The position numbers and the translations under genes are program-made. Positions 12,401 through 27,400 of a stretch of 64,000 nucleotides of DNA are shown one piece after another. The stretch's first letter is position 1, and each line of letters opens with the position of its first letter. The notes under the pieces are model-generated. The model saw only the letters and a list, made by a program, of their open reading frames with translations. It made no database searches and had not been told where the DNA came from. This DNA comes from Hydrolagus colliei (Eukaryota): the NCBI GenBank assembly GCA_035084275.1, contig CM068748.1, positions 9,114,001-9,178,000 on the forward strand, read 5' to 3'.

Positions 12401-15400
12401 GAGATACTCTCTGTGTAGTGTTATCAACATTTTTCTGAGTCTCATTATTATTTTCTTGCGTTTGTAATCTCTCAAAACCTAATTATACTTCTTTCTATCA
12501 TGTCACCTCCATCGGCGGCCACCGCGCCTCAAGGCTCTGGAACTCCCTTTCTCATGCCCTTCGCCTCACCCCCTCTCTTCCTACTTTCAGGTCTTGGCTA
12601 AAGACCTTTCTTTTCAACCACACTTTTGGTCACTTTCCTCCCCCTTCCCCTGGCTCAGGCCCAGCTTCCGTTATTGGGAAACGCTCTGAGACGCCGTCCG
12701 GCGTGGAGGTCGCTAAATAAATACGAGTTGTTGTCGTTATTGCAGCAAAGGGACAATCTCTATGCTATGCCTTAAACAAGGTCATGAATACATTTAAGTC
12801 AAACTTCCACCAGTTAAACTTCTCAGTTGCAATTTTTAAATTAACATTCAGCCAATTGGTCTACGATACAACTGAATTAGTGATCCATGAGGTTTCTGAG
12901 ACTTATTGCAATACATTATTCTCATAAATATCTAAACGAAGGTCAAAATAACTATAATTCTACAATTTCCAATCTTCTTAATAACTTCATGTACAATAAT
13001 AATAATTCTTGCATTTGATATTGCACTTTTCATGTCTTCTAGATGTCTCTTTCAAAGCGCTTCACAGAATGTACTGTAAAGTGAATTAACTGTATATTTG
13101 TGGGTGAAATATGGCAGCCAATTGTGCACAGCTGTGTACCACAAACAATTGTGGATTGAAATGACCTTTTTTTTTCTTGAGGGATTATTATCAGGTGGAG
13201 TAAGGAAACTTGCCCAAGGTTTTGCCCTGCCTGGAATTGAACTCAGGTCTCTTGCTTGTAAGGCTGGTGTTCTAACCACTGAGCTACAGGAGTCCAGGAC
13301 TAAATACTCTAACCTCCGCATTTAAGCTTTGAAATTGATGTAAATAGGTAGGAAGAACCAAGTAATTGGTATGAACTGTATACAATACATTTTCAAAGGG
13401 GAAGGAAGGTCTTGGTGGGGGGCAAGAGTATTGCGATTTATTTGGAGTGAGAATCCTTAATGACTTCCCCCATTACCAGTGTAGGAAGAGCACATTTTTA
13501 CTGGGTTTACTGTTTTGTAAATGCGCCATGGAACAAATAGAAGTAGGATTGTTTGGGTAAATATAAAGCTTTACTGATAATGCAAATCATCTCCATATAA
13601 TCAGTCAAAAACCAAGCAATTCGCCAGGAGCGTAAGCTCACCATCCAGGTTAAAGGCTTATGCAACATCGGGCAACACGTTTCAGCCACAGCAAGCAATA
13701 TGTAGACAGCCAAGTAGAAGGTTGTGTCAGTAATATTAGTAACATTTCCAAAAAGAAAACAACCCAATTCATTATGTTGTTAAACCATTACATCAATAAA
13801 GAAAAAATACCTTCTTCACCATCTGACAAATATTCGGCTTCACTGACAATTTCAGGAACATTGGCTCTACGAACTGTATGATTTGAATAAAGATCATGAC
13901 TTATTACCAAAACCATTGCAATGCTTCACCGAGACAGAAGAAGAAAAAATGAGAGTGCTTGGGAAGATAAAAAACTACAAAGTGTCAACATTTTTTTCAA
14001 TCTTAAATGCTCAATTAAAAAAAGATTGCTGGCAAAAAAAAAAGTTGAGCTGGAGTTGCGGTTTAAGTTTGAGTTTTTGAGGCAGATGCATACATAAAGG
14101 AGGGCGCTCACAGAAAGATAAAGGAACGGAGAAATGCAGAGAAAGGAAGGATGTGCCTGGAAGAACACTGAAAGAGAGCAGTAGGGGACTGTGGCATGCA
14201 GTGAAATGGAAGTAAAGATTAAGGAATGCAATGAAAAGAAGGATAAGAGTAAGAATGATATAGTTTGAAAGAGCGGGTGGCAAAGATGGTGGGTCACACC
14301 TTCATTGAGAAATAAGAGCAGATGGGATGGAAGCATACAGAATGGAAAGAAAATCTTGCCTTGAACTTGTATATATTATTAGTTTGTTTTGCAAGAGAAA
14401 CCCAAGTCTACAAGGCTTTGCTTAAAATCCACCATCCTTTACTTGTGTATAAAAAAACAGACAAGGTATCAGGTAGGTTAGTTTTATTCAGCATATTTCA
14501 TTGAAATATCCATTACCTTCATCATCAGATACATCCAGAAATTCATTCATGGTTTCAGGAACATTCAGCTTATGCTTTTCTGTCACAGACTGCATAAAAA
14601 AAAGACTATTAAAAACTGTCTGGGAGTCAGAGGATCAACAAAAAGCCATTTACAATATTTTAGTAAATCTAACATATATTCTTTACCATGCTTCAAAGGC
14701 ATAGGTAAACTGAATGCAGTTTGCTTGCAATACCCTAACACATGTAGACAGAATCCAATCAGAACTTACCATTACAGAAGTTAAAGTTTCCTCTGTGACC
14801 ACCTTCAACGTATCGACAACCGAGATATAACCCAGGCGCCTAGCAATGGCCAAAGCAGTATTTCCATTCTAAAAAGAAACAAGCATGGAGTTTACAATAA
14901 ACTAGAGACAAATCCAATTCCTAGCTATTACAAGACGAGTGAGGAATGAGTGCGGCAAATTACAATGATGTCTGAAAAAATTACTATTGTTACAGTTCTG
15001 AAAAACAGCAATAAAGTTTGGAAAAGTTCCTGCCAGGTTTATAATTGTTCTCTCCCGCACCTCAACACTGTCTCTCTACACAGCAAAACAAAAGGCAATT
15101 AACTTGAGTTATGCATGCCTGGGAGGGGGGACATGGGGATTACTGGAATGTTCCAAAATATTTGAGATTTATTCTGGGTTTAGCACTGCTCAGTGCACCC
15201 TTTGTACTCTGATCTGATGTAACATTTACAATCATACTTGCAGTTTATGGCTAATTAAACTAATTAAAGCTGGAGAGAGAATAGCTTGCCAGTTTTGTTT
15301 CTTCTGAATCTGTTCAACATTGGAATAAAACACAAAGTATTGGATAAACATTCCCATATCTTCCCTGATCTTTACAAAACACAGACTTGGTTGCCACACA

Positions 15401-18400
15401 AGTAAACTATATCATAATGATTTTGCCCAAACAAATGGATTTATTTTAAAGTAAAATCTCTCTTTGGTTTGAGAAATTAAGTGGATAGAACTTAGATGTT
15501 TGGAACCTCTAATAGAGGACATGACTGTAAGCACTGCTTGTGAGATTCTGATGAAAGAAGCAGACCCCATTATAGCTAAGCCAGAGAGTGGCTTTAATTA
15601 GAGTGCCCAGGGATAGTGTACAGTATATCTGCATTACATTACAGTTTCCAGGTATATAATGTGTGTTTAACAATATCACCAGGGATTGAAAAGACTATGG
15701 ATGAGAAAATATTGCTTTGGTGGAGGAGCCAGACCACTTACTATGTGATAGAAAATACAAGTGCCTGCTGCACAACCATGGCTTTGTTATTCACAGACTT
15801 GCTATTGCACCTACTCAGTTTTCACTGAAATTTAGGTCATTGTGATAGATACAGGGCATAATCTGGCAATGGGCCAAAATCAATTAACCTATTCTTTATT
15901 CAGATTATAATTACTACTCTACTCTTTGTTACTCAAGGGTATGGAGAGGCAACTAGGCTGTGTTGTGGGAGGTAATTCTTGGCCATAACTCAACTATCAT
16001 CTGTTCAAGGTGGCTGGCGAATCACTGTGTAGACTGCTGATTCAATAGGATTTGTATAAACCAACTGAGGGTAAAGAAATCAATTTACAACCCTGCACAT
16101 TAAGAAACCAATGTGTTGTAATAATCCTTGCATTTGATATAGTCGTTTTCATGTTGTTCTATCTTACCACGGTGACGTCATCTGGAGCGGCACCATGCTG
16201 TAGGAGGATATTTATGATGTGTGTATGTCCCTGTTGGGCAGCCTGATGCAGAGCTGTGTATCCATTCTGTTGTGGAGGAAAACAGTGCATTAGTAAGGAT
16301 ATCTATACAACTGGATATGAGTTGTAGTAATAGATCGAATCAGTACAGGCTGAAGTGAAACGAACCTTTGTCTTTGAATTGACATTCGCATTATGCTGGA
16401 GGAGAAAGTTCACCATCTTCACGTTTCCATAGTGGCAGGCGACATGCAGTGGAGTGTATCCGACCTATGACCAAAAAGCACACAAAATGAATGACTCAAC
16501 CGATCCTCATTAACAAAAAAAAGGGAATATGGAATGGATTTATCAATGATTACAAATATCATTTGTTACAGTGAGGCTGGTAACCCAAGACATTCAATTT
16601 TCTACAAGATTACAATAAAAAACAATACCAATTTACAGTTATACACATAGAATACATATATAGCATCATAATTTTAATTGGTATTTCAAGACTTTTCAAA
16701 TTTTTCATCACTCTTAGTTACCCATTTTAAAACTAGACAATTGAAATAGCACAAAACCCATTCCATACATCAGTGCCATTCAAAGTTTTGGACTTCCACC
16801 CCCTCCACCTCCTGCCCCCCCCCCCCCCCCCACCCACCCTATTAAACATTGGAACCCTGGAGCTGTGGAAGCAGAAGTATAGATTTGCAGGGGCTGAATA
16901 TGGGTGTTCCATTGTTTCTATGACATTAAACTTAAATGTCTTTCTACCTTTGTTTGTGGATCAATGACAGCTCCCTGATTGGCCAGCACCTCTGCAACAT
17001 TCACTCGGTCCTCCTGGGCGGCCAGATGGAGGGGCGTCAGACCACTCTGTGAATCACAGTGACATTGCGTTAACATTTCTGGAAATATCTGACTTTTAGA
17101 CACAGTCAGTTTTAACAACTAGTGGCAGTGGCAGAAGTGAGACAGAACAGATTGTGAGGAAAATGCGTGCAGGAGTAAATACGTTAATACACCTCCGGTC
17201 TGATTAATATTTAATAGTAGGCCAGGATATCTGTTTCCATTTACAGTCGGCAGAATAACAGCTTTGTGCATGTAGAGAATCATCAGCTTAAATTGCTGAA
17301 AATGTAGTTGTGCTGGTTCCCTTCAGATCAATGTCATCAATATTGGAATTGATTGTGCCTGAAAAATCATTGCTGTTGGGAGTAGCTGCCTCGCATGTGA
17401 AGATCAAGCTGATCAAACTCTAGAAACTACGTTATTGTAAAGTCTGCCTCAGGCTTGTATTTCATTGTCGTTTTTGATGGCACTTAGCCAAGGATGTCAC
17501 TGTGCTGAGGGCTTGGACCATCTGTGGTTTGTTTAAGTTGTTATGTACCCTATGATTGTCTTTGTTCGTGTCCCTGGGCCAGGCACAGTGAGACGAACAG
17601 CATGAAAGATGACCTGCTCCACTCTTACTTTGGAGGCAACCATTCAAATACATGTTAGAGCTTGTTCTCCCTCTGTGTGGAGTCTTTCGCTCTAGTCTGG
17701 TGGTCTCAGTATCTCTTGCCTTTCCATCGTTCGCGGTTGCACGGGTAAAAAAAAATGATCACAAGGTCAAGAAAAAGTGATTCTTACAGAAATACAGAAA
17801 TTATAAGGGGTGCAGCCAAATTTTTTTGTAACATTCAGAAAATGCTCAGGAGTTATAGTAATAATAATCATCCTTGCATTTGGTATTACTACATATCACA
17901 CCGGAAGGATGTCTCACAGTACTTCACAGGATTTACTGTGAAATGGAGTGACTGTGTGTTTGTAGGCAGATGTGGCGGCACTGCCAAGAAACAAATGACA
18001 ATTTTTTATTTGGGGGTTTGTTGGCCAGGGAACCTCCACTCTCTTTTCCAACAGTGTCAAGGGTTATTTAACGTCCACTCGAACAGGCAGACCGGACCTC
18101 GGTTTAAAGTCTTATTCGAACAACAGCCTCTTCAACAACGCAACACGCCCCTAGCACTGCATTGCAAATAATAATCTGGACTATTTGAGGTCCAAGTCCT
18201 GAATTCACAGACGAGAGTGCTTTCACTGAGCCAAACTAACACAGCTTATCGATTAGTATTCACGTGAAGTCGGGCAAGCAGGAGAAACACACAATACACA
18301 CAATAAAAGCTGATTGGAAAGTGGACACCTACCTTGTTCCCAAGGTTTACGTTTGCATTTCGAGCAAGAAGCAAAGAAACCACATCGACGTGACCTTCCT

Positions 18401-21400
18401 GGGCTGCAAGGTGCACTGGTGTTATCCCTTGCCTGGTAACTGTGTTGGTGTCAGCACCATATTCCAACAGGGTTGTTGCTATATCCATCTGATTCTTCTT
18501 GGCAGCTATGTGCAAGGGTGTATAACCATTCTGGAAGAATGACAGAAAAAAAACATGCTGACCAGTAATTTTAATTAAGGGAACATAAGAAACTCGGAAG
18601 AATACTATAATCCTATTCACTTGAAAAATTGACAAACCAAAGCCTTTACTGTTAAACTGCACCAATGCTATGCAAGGTTTTTCTCGCATGTGTATTAGAT
18701 ATTCAACATACACATTGTGGTGACTCTGGTGATTCTTGCGTTTTGATTTTATGGACATCTCACACTAGTAAATTCTATATTATTGCTCCCTCTCCTCAAA
18801 TTGCAGCCAGTGCTGGGTTATAGCCCTTGATTACTCTGGACACACACACTCACATGCAACACATAAAATCCTGCCACTCATTCTTCAACCTGTCACAAAA
18901 CTTCAGTCTGCTGCAAACTAATGAGAGCATTTGAAATAGCCCCAAACTTCCAATAGGCCAGAATTAAAGAAAGCTTTCACTTATAACTACAGTAATAATT
19001 CTCAGACTCTCAGTGGATATGGAGTAACTGCATGTTTGCACTTGTCTGTGTGTGTGTTGATGAGTGGTGGTGGTTGTGGTAAGTACCAATTTATTCGATG
19101 TTCTTTGCAGTCATCTATCCAGACAGATGTGGTAGATGATAAACACTGAGATGGTGAGCAGATTACGGCAGTAACGTTGCACTGCCTTTCAAACAACTGA
19201 ATAACTTTTGTTCAACGGTACAAACATTATTTGTGGTGAATGAGGCTCGTTGAGACAAGTGAGAGTCTAAGTTAGAAGCTCAAGGGAATTAGTAAAGTCT
19301 TAGTTCACAGATTACAAGTAGGAACCAAGCGCATACACACGGGACAATTCAAGACAGAAAAAACTAGACAGAACCAGAAAGGATTTAAGAGCTGGAGACA
19401 GAACAATGAAGTGAAGCTCCACCTGTTGTTAATTTGCTGCAATAACTGTAATACCATATTCAAAAGCAAATCTATATTTGGCCATTATGGCAGTGTGATA
19501 CTAAATCCAGGAAAAATGTTCCAAGTGGTCACAATACACCCTCCCATCAGATATTCAAATCACAATGCAGGCACCCACCTACATCACCTTCTGTGTGAAC
19601 AACCAGCTCTAGGCATCTATGGGTTACTTAAGAGGTTGTTAGGTGTAGTTTAGTCAGAAATCCTGCTCTGTCTATTGTTGTGAAGGGTATTGTCACCGTG
19701 ACCTCTTTCGACTGTAGCTTATTTCCAATGCCTTACGGATTATACATTCCAATGCCTGGGTCTGTAATACTGTTTTTAAACATAGCATCCTCAGGCATTT
19801 CATTATATTATGGATTTTCCATGTTTGTTTTTACAAAATGTATTTTGATGCAAAAGATATTACTTAATTGACAAATTTTACTTTACAAAACATTTCCTCC
19901 TTCCCTTTATCCTTCCATCTTTCATTCCGCAGTTAAAATCTTCATACCAGTTCGGGACAATTGTATCGCCAACTACACCTCTTGGTATGCAATCCATAGT
20001 CAGACAATTGTTACGATAAACACAATGTCATCATCGAACCCATTCAGATGTGCACATAGATGGATAATGGTGTCAATCCCAATGTTGGTTTAAATAACAC
20101 CATGAGTCAGACTATTGATATTTTTTAGTAAGATAATAAAATGACAAGTAATTTAATGGTGCTGGGTAGATTATATGCAATATATCCCTCTATTATTGAA
20201 AATCAGCACAAACTGCTAAAAGCAGTACACAAACCATAACATTCGTAAAAGATAAACAATAATATTCTTTTTAACATTATGCATTTTAACAATTAGAAGC
20301 TTCCTTTTTTAGAAAAAAAAAGCTCAGCCTAAATTATATCCGAGCACGGTATGTGGAAATGATTTGGTTTACCGCTCGAGAAATACAGAGATTTCATTCC
20401 CAGAGATGGAATAGTTGATATTTTAGTTTGAAAGGATTCTGATTTGTTAAATACTCCATTAGCTATTGATTATGATACTTTTGATACAAAATACAATCCA
20501 CCTGCTTATGTACAGTATTCTGTTCAATGTTCAAGATAACTTCCACATAAACAGATTTGCTTCTGGAAATTCGATTCTGTAGTTCCTGCCCCAGACGTTT
20601 GTCTCTTGTTTGATCCTATCTGATGGTAAAGTGCTTTCTTTACCAAAGAGTTTGGGTAACAAAATCTCCCACATTTGCTTGTGTAACAGATGGAAACGCC
20701 ATAGAACAGAAATAGGGAATAAGTTAATAAAAACAAGAGGCACACAAGCCAGGAATGAAATCCACACAGTAAGGTATTGGTTTAAGTTTAACTACAATTT
20801 ATTGGCATCGATCCAAATTGCAACCAATGGGTCTTTTGAAACTGTGAGGTTAATGTATAGGAATTGGGATGACTGAAGATGACCATACACATGGACTGCT
20901 CTGAAACCAAATGGACCATCCACCGACCGGTTTTGATTACAAAGTGAACATACACTGGTCTTTGAATGTAGCCATTGCCTATGATAATGTTTGAATCAGC
21001 AGAATCAGTAAAATTCTCCAAGCACTGATTTTCCACCAAGAGTTTTAAAGAAATACACATGGTTTCATTATAGCATCTACAAAAAAAGATATTCTAGGGT
21101 TTCTGAATACTAGAAGTAAGGATATTAATGGAATGACACTGCATTCATTTCACAACAGTGCATGAATAAAATGTAAAACTAGTTGAGGGTTTATTTTTCT
21201 CTTCAATATTTCACCAGTTCCGAAAGATTTTTTGAATGGTGCAATCAACCAGTAAATCAAACATCCTGCACTCAATATTTGCTGACGATTGTAATTGTGG
21301 ATATAATGTGGTGTGACATAAGAAGATAAGAACATAGGAATTGCTAGACGAAAAAGACCAATGTCCATCCTGGAAGTCACATGCACATATCATGACATAC

Positions 21401-24400
21401 ATAAGATAACACGTTTGCAAAAACTCCTCCCATGCACATCTCAAAAATCACTACATTTTTAACATACAGAGCAGGAAGCTTTAAAAATCGGTAAAAATGC
21501 ATTTGCTAAATATGTCAGTGTTGTTTGAACAGAGTGCATCACGGACATTTCCCCTCAAATTGTGTATCATGCATTACCAGGATTGCTCACAATGGTATAT
21601 CCTTGACATACACACGAGCCGACTTTTGTTTTAAAAAAGCTGCTGGTTTCTCAGTGTAAAAACCTCACAGCAGTTATTCCAGTGATTATGGTCCACATAT
21701 GTTGCTGGTTCTCATCTCCTCCTCGTCTGTATACTGTACCTTTGCAGCCGCGTGAGAAGAAGCTCCTTGATCTAACAGCAGTAGGGCTACTTTTTGGTTG
21801 TCATAGTGTGCAGCAACATGCAGTGGAGTCAGGCCACTCTGCAGGAGAAAGGCATTTGCTTGTTAAATAAGTAAATTAATTTGGAAACGTTATGAGGAAC
21901 AATAAATTATTACACTCCCCTCCCCCACCATGGTTAACTAAATTATTTTACCTTGAAAAATTAAAAACCCGTTAAAAGGCAAGTCAAGTCACTAGATTTT
22001 CGATGCAAATAATTATAACGTCTTAATGACATGATGAGGTGCTGTATCAAATGCAAGGATTATTATTATTATAACAGTTGTTCTGTTACTCATTCTACGC
22101 TGAGGATTTTTCATAGGATTACCATTCCACCCTAACAATCACGCATAACTTCTCTCCCATTCCCCCATGATCTATATTTTATGAAACATTGCAGATTTAA
22201 AGGAGATCTGGGTGGACAGTGAACCATTTCACCAAGAGGGAATCATAACAGCTGAGGCTGACTTTACTTAATCTAGCACAGGATATAACATAATTGAAAC
22301 AGTCCCAATGCTATACATATTGAGATTTTCAAACTCATTGAATACCAGGAACCAGGCACAAAATTTATCTTTATCCAACCCTAAGACTATTGCCATAAAA
22401 TTTAATACTGTGCAGAATTTTGGAAATGTCATAAATTTAGTCTGAATATTGAAATTGAGACCTGCAAGAAAATTATGTTTCTAAATTAAGATTAAATTTA
22501 GGATTTGATAAAATTTCTGCTCGATCTTAAATATCAAGACAATAAACAGCCTTAAAGCTGAGACTTTGTAAATTTCAGGAATTCATCTGCGTGATTCAAT
22601 TCACACGGCGCATTTTTATTTAATAAGACATCAATAAATTCTTATCCATCCATTTACTAGAATTGTATTAAAAAGTTTGACCATATGGTTCAAATATTAC
22701 CTTTCCAGAGGCATTAGGAGATGCATTTTTCTGAAGCAAAAGGTTAGCCACCTCTATCTTCCCATACTTTGCAGCTACATGTAGAGGGGTGAACCCTTTC
22801 TGTAATGAAGGAAGCAAATGTCAAATATGTCTCATGACTTGATACATATCATTAGGCTAAGTACAGTAGTTACATGACAAGTGCTCACCTCATACTGCAA
22901 GTACAATAGATAGCTCTTACGCTAAACCCTAATGAAGCAAAAATAATTGTTTGCGATATCAACCGTTTGCAAGCAGCTTCCATGTATTATACAGAAAAAT
23001 TAATTAAGAAGTACAGCATTGAGCTAGCTATTTCAACAGAATATTCGGTGTATAAAGGCCTATATATGAATGTCAATACTGAGCATTGTACCTTCGTGTT
23101 CACGGAGAGCGAAGCTCCTTGTTCCAGTAGAATTGAGGCCACATCTTCATGGCCTTCCCGAGCTGAAATATGCAGTGGAGTATAACCAGAAGTTGTGGCT
23201 GCATCTGGAGAGGCCCCATGTTGCAATAACAGCTGAACAATATCAGCTTTTCCCAAGCGAGAAGCAATGTGCAGAGGAGTCTGGTCATCCTGGATGTATG
23301 AAAGGAAATCAGAATACAACTCTAAATAACTTCCAAGAAATACACAAATCCCAAATGACTCAATAATATCAGTGAGATAGCCTACTATTCATTTGAACAG
23401 GTCAGCTTTTTGAATTAAATGTTTACGAACTAATGATAGCACAAGCCTGATACAGTCAGAGACTGTGCATGATATTTCCATAAAACTCTAAAAATTTCTC
23501 CCATTAATAGCTGAATAGTGCAGACTTTTATCACAGCCTCTATGAATACTGCTCCATCACAACTAATAATAAGCACAATTCATTAAATAATACTAATATT
23601 CTGTTCTCCCAGACCCATTACAGAGCTCTATGTTAGGTTCTACCAACCCAGGGCTTAGTAAAGGGAACTACTTTTAAAAGGAACACACACCATCACTGAA
23701 GTAGTGATATGCTTTGTGGTAAGGTTGGTAAACATGTGATATGTTGGCACAAATATGGCCGAAAAGCAGCCCGTAGGTTTTGAAGTGTCACAGTTTAACT
23801 TTTGATGAAATGACTCCTTTGTTTTTTGTACCTTGGCTTTTGCTTCCACTTGAGCACCATTCTGAACCAAATGACGCACAACATCTGCTTGTCCTGCCCG
23901 GGCAGCCATGTGCAAAGCCGTCTCTCCTCTCTAATGACAGGACAGAGAAAAGATGAAATGCAGACTGAATGTTCAATCTTTTGAATTGTCTCAAACTGTT
24001 CTGCCAAATCCAACAACAAGAGAAATTCAGCTAATGACCTCCTTGCTAGGCCTGATGATGGTTCATACTGAGCGCCTGTGGCTTCCAGCTTCCACAAACA
24101 GAGCAAAATAAACAACGAAAGGTCACTTACCACGTTTGTTGTATTTGGTGATGCTCCGTGTTGCATTAACTGTGTTACAATATTCACATGTCCCATAAAT
24201 GCAGCAACATGAATAGGTGTAAGGCCCGACTGCAAAGAATAAATTGGGTCACATAAACGGGGAACACTCGATAGTCCGAAGGTTCGATAGTCCGAACATA
24301 CAAATTTCCTATACCCGGGGTGGTTACCGTGGTTACCGCTCAATAGTCCGAAAATAAGGTTCGTTAATCCGAACATTTGGTGCAATAGTCTGAAGGTTCA

Positions 24401-27400
24401 TTAGTCCAAATGTTAGGGTTAGGGTTAGGGTTAGGATTAGTGTTAGGATTAGGGTTAGTGTTAGGGTTACGGTTAGGGGAAGCTTCGGACTAATGAACCT
24501 TCGGACTGATGAATCTTCGGACTATCGGGGGATAACCCACATAAACGTCACTGGCTAACATGGATTTTTTAAAAAAAAAACAGCAATCTATTGTTCGTGA
24601 TATTTCTCTTAAGTACAAAACACAAATGGTACCTCAGTAACTGCCTGAATCGATGCTCCGTGCTTCAACAAAAGATCCATTACTTTAATTCGGTTCTTCT
24701 TGCATGCTATATGAAGTGGGGTGAAACCATTCTGCAACACAGATTTAATACATAGTAAATAGTCATTTTCTTAAAAGTTTCATGCGCATTATTTAGAATT
24801 TTTCCCCAAATAATATCCAGTGCTCCAAAGCTTGAAATTAAAAGCCCATTTCTTTGACCAAAGCCCTTAGGCCTTTGCTCATCATGTGGAGTCCTGTGGG
24901 TCAGTGCTCTCGCCTTTCAAGCGAGAGACCTAGGTTCAATTCCAGGCAGAGTGAAACCTTGGGCAAGTTTCCTTACTCCACATGCCTAATAATAATCTCT
25001 CAAAAAAAACTAATAAAAATGGGGTCATTTCAATTCACGACTGTTTGTGGGACACTGCTGTACGCAATTGGCTGCTGCGTTTCGTCCACAAAATATATAG
25101 TCAATTCACTTCATGGTATATTCTATGAAGCACTTTGAAACACCTAGACAAAATGAAAAATGCTATGTCAAAAGCAAGGATCATTAGTATTATTAAACTG
25201 TCCTTTTATATTAGGATAATATTGACTTTATCTCTCTAATCCTGAAGATATACAGTAATTCCCTTACTTATCCCCCCATTTATTTTCCCACTGCTCTCCT
25301 TCCAGGCCTCTAAATAAACTATTTAGAAATCTCAGTTAGCATACTGACTTGCTGAAACAGAAACCTCATCAGTGAAGGTTCGACATTCTGACTTCAGTGG
25401 GTCTTCCTTAAAGAAGAAAGTGGAATATTCCCATAAACTACCACTAGATGTCCTCCGTGCACCTTGTTAATTTTAACGAACCAAACTGAAGCAACATAGA
25501 AGTTAAACACAAAGACTAAAAACTCTCATAGGTATCTCCTGAAATAAAATCCTAAAATTAATTTTTTTCTGATGAATAATAGTGAGATTCATTCTTGCAT
25601 TTCCAGAATATGCAATGCTTTTTTAGAATAAAAAAATTCCTCAATAATACCCAATTAATATATATTTTACAGAGCTGTTATACGGATCCTCGCTGCCTTC
25701 CGTTTCATTGTGCATAGGGTGAAACAGACACATGTGTGAGGAGCATCAACAAGTAAATCATCTCCAAGCATTTCCAAAGAGGAACTTCAGGACCAGTCTA
25801 TTCTAATACTTTATAATGTTTAATGTCACTCTAAGTTATCCGTATTAAAGACGTTTTCATTCCATGGCTATCTATGGGACATTGCTGTGCTCAAATGAGT
25901 TGCTGCATTCACCCACAAACCACACAGTCACTATACAATACTCCACTATAAAATATATTCTGTGAAGCGCTTTGGGATAACCTCCTAACATGACAGGCAC
26001 ATATCAAATAGAAGGATTTAAAAAATATATAATACAACATACATTAAATATTAATTTTCTCCCACAAAATGTTTAGTTAATTCACTTTACAGTATACTCT
26101 GTGAAGCACTTTGAGGTGTCTCAAAGGTGTGATAAGGTGTTATATCAAATGAAAGGATTATTATTATTATTAATAATGGTTTATAAATGTCCTTACGGTA
26201 GTTTATAAATATTAGTGATTCTTTCTCTTCCTATCTGCCTGCATTTAAAAATGAATGTCTCATTATCCTGTGCCTTATGTCCGGACCATTTACACAAAGA
26301 CCAACTTTTTTTGGGTGAAAATTTATCTATGTGGTCATTCTCATGGTGATCTTTACAGAATTTGGGATAAAAGCCAGAAACTGCCACTAGATGTCCTCAG
26401 CACACCTTGCTCATTTTCTACAAGTTTACTAACCACTCTGATACATAAAGACACAAAGCCCACTCAATGTTCAGCAGGAATCTCCTGAAATCAAATTCTG
26501 TTTAAAACTAAAGCTTTGCTGATCAACAAAAAGTGTTAAGCAGTATCCACTGGAATTCATTTCATTAAATTTTCTGAAACAAAAAGCGCCCAAGCAGAAG
26601 TTTAACTGTACATCCTAAATCCTAAGCAGACGGTTTTATTACTAGTAGCCATCCGTCAAACTATCATGTGGAGTCCTGTAGCTCAGTGGTTAGAACACTC
26701 GCATTAACAAGCGAGAGAGCTGGGTTCGATTCCAGGTAGGGTGAAACCCTGGGCAAGTTTCCTTACTCCACACGCCTGATAATAATCCCTCAAGAAAAAA
26801 ACAATAATAAATTGGTCACTTCAATCCATGACTGTTGTGGAATGAAGTTTTGGTTCTTTGGAATTTTACCCTTCTCCCAAGTGCTCTTTGTCACTGCTAG
26901 ACTTCTTCCTCTGCCCAAAGAGAGATCAGAACCTCTTCGGGAGCAGGTACTCTCATGTGGTCCCTTTGCTCCTTAGTGTGAGCGCAGTGTCCAGGTTTCT
27001 TACTCAGCCACAAACACTTAATTCAAAACATTTGTCAATGGTTAGTTCACAGGCAATGAGATTCCGTCTGCTTGCTGTTAACATTTTCTTTTTAATAAAA
27101 AGTATTTTCCCCCAGCTGGGCAAAATACTTATTTTTAATTTAAAAAAAATTTGCCCTGGTAACTGAGCAGAATAGCCAACTCACCTTTTAATGTTCCATT
27201 TTAAAAAGAAACAGATTACCACCTACAACTGTAACCACTTGAAAGGAGAATGAAAATCAACATGTTGCAGCAGTAAAACTCCTCCAGGTAGTAACTTTGG
27301 ATGGCCTGCTGCCCAGAACACATTGCCTGTCTCCAATGAAGGGAATAATGGAAGAAGCAACGTTCACAGAACTCACCAACGCTTTGGCATTTGGGTTGGC

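Noticed and set aside
12373-12445. Phase-1 donor (GCG G|gtgagg) ending a short ORF or a 24-nt ALEIILEA segment
   Set aside because: Poor pyrimidine tract, no promoter-like context and no recognised homology; cannot be separated from chance
16267-16365. Intron of exactly 99 nt, possibly an extra ANK repeat if retained
   Set aside because: Translation is not ANK-like and has an in-frame TAG
24259-24537. CRISPR-like short direct repeats, or a true telomere
   Set aside because: Eukaryotic intron; no unique spacers of regular length; the repeats form inverted arms within a TSD-flanked element
26666-26745. tRNA-like sequence with A and B boxes
   Set aside because: It continues into the SINE core and recurs in several diverged copies, so it is a SINE head rather than a tRNA gene
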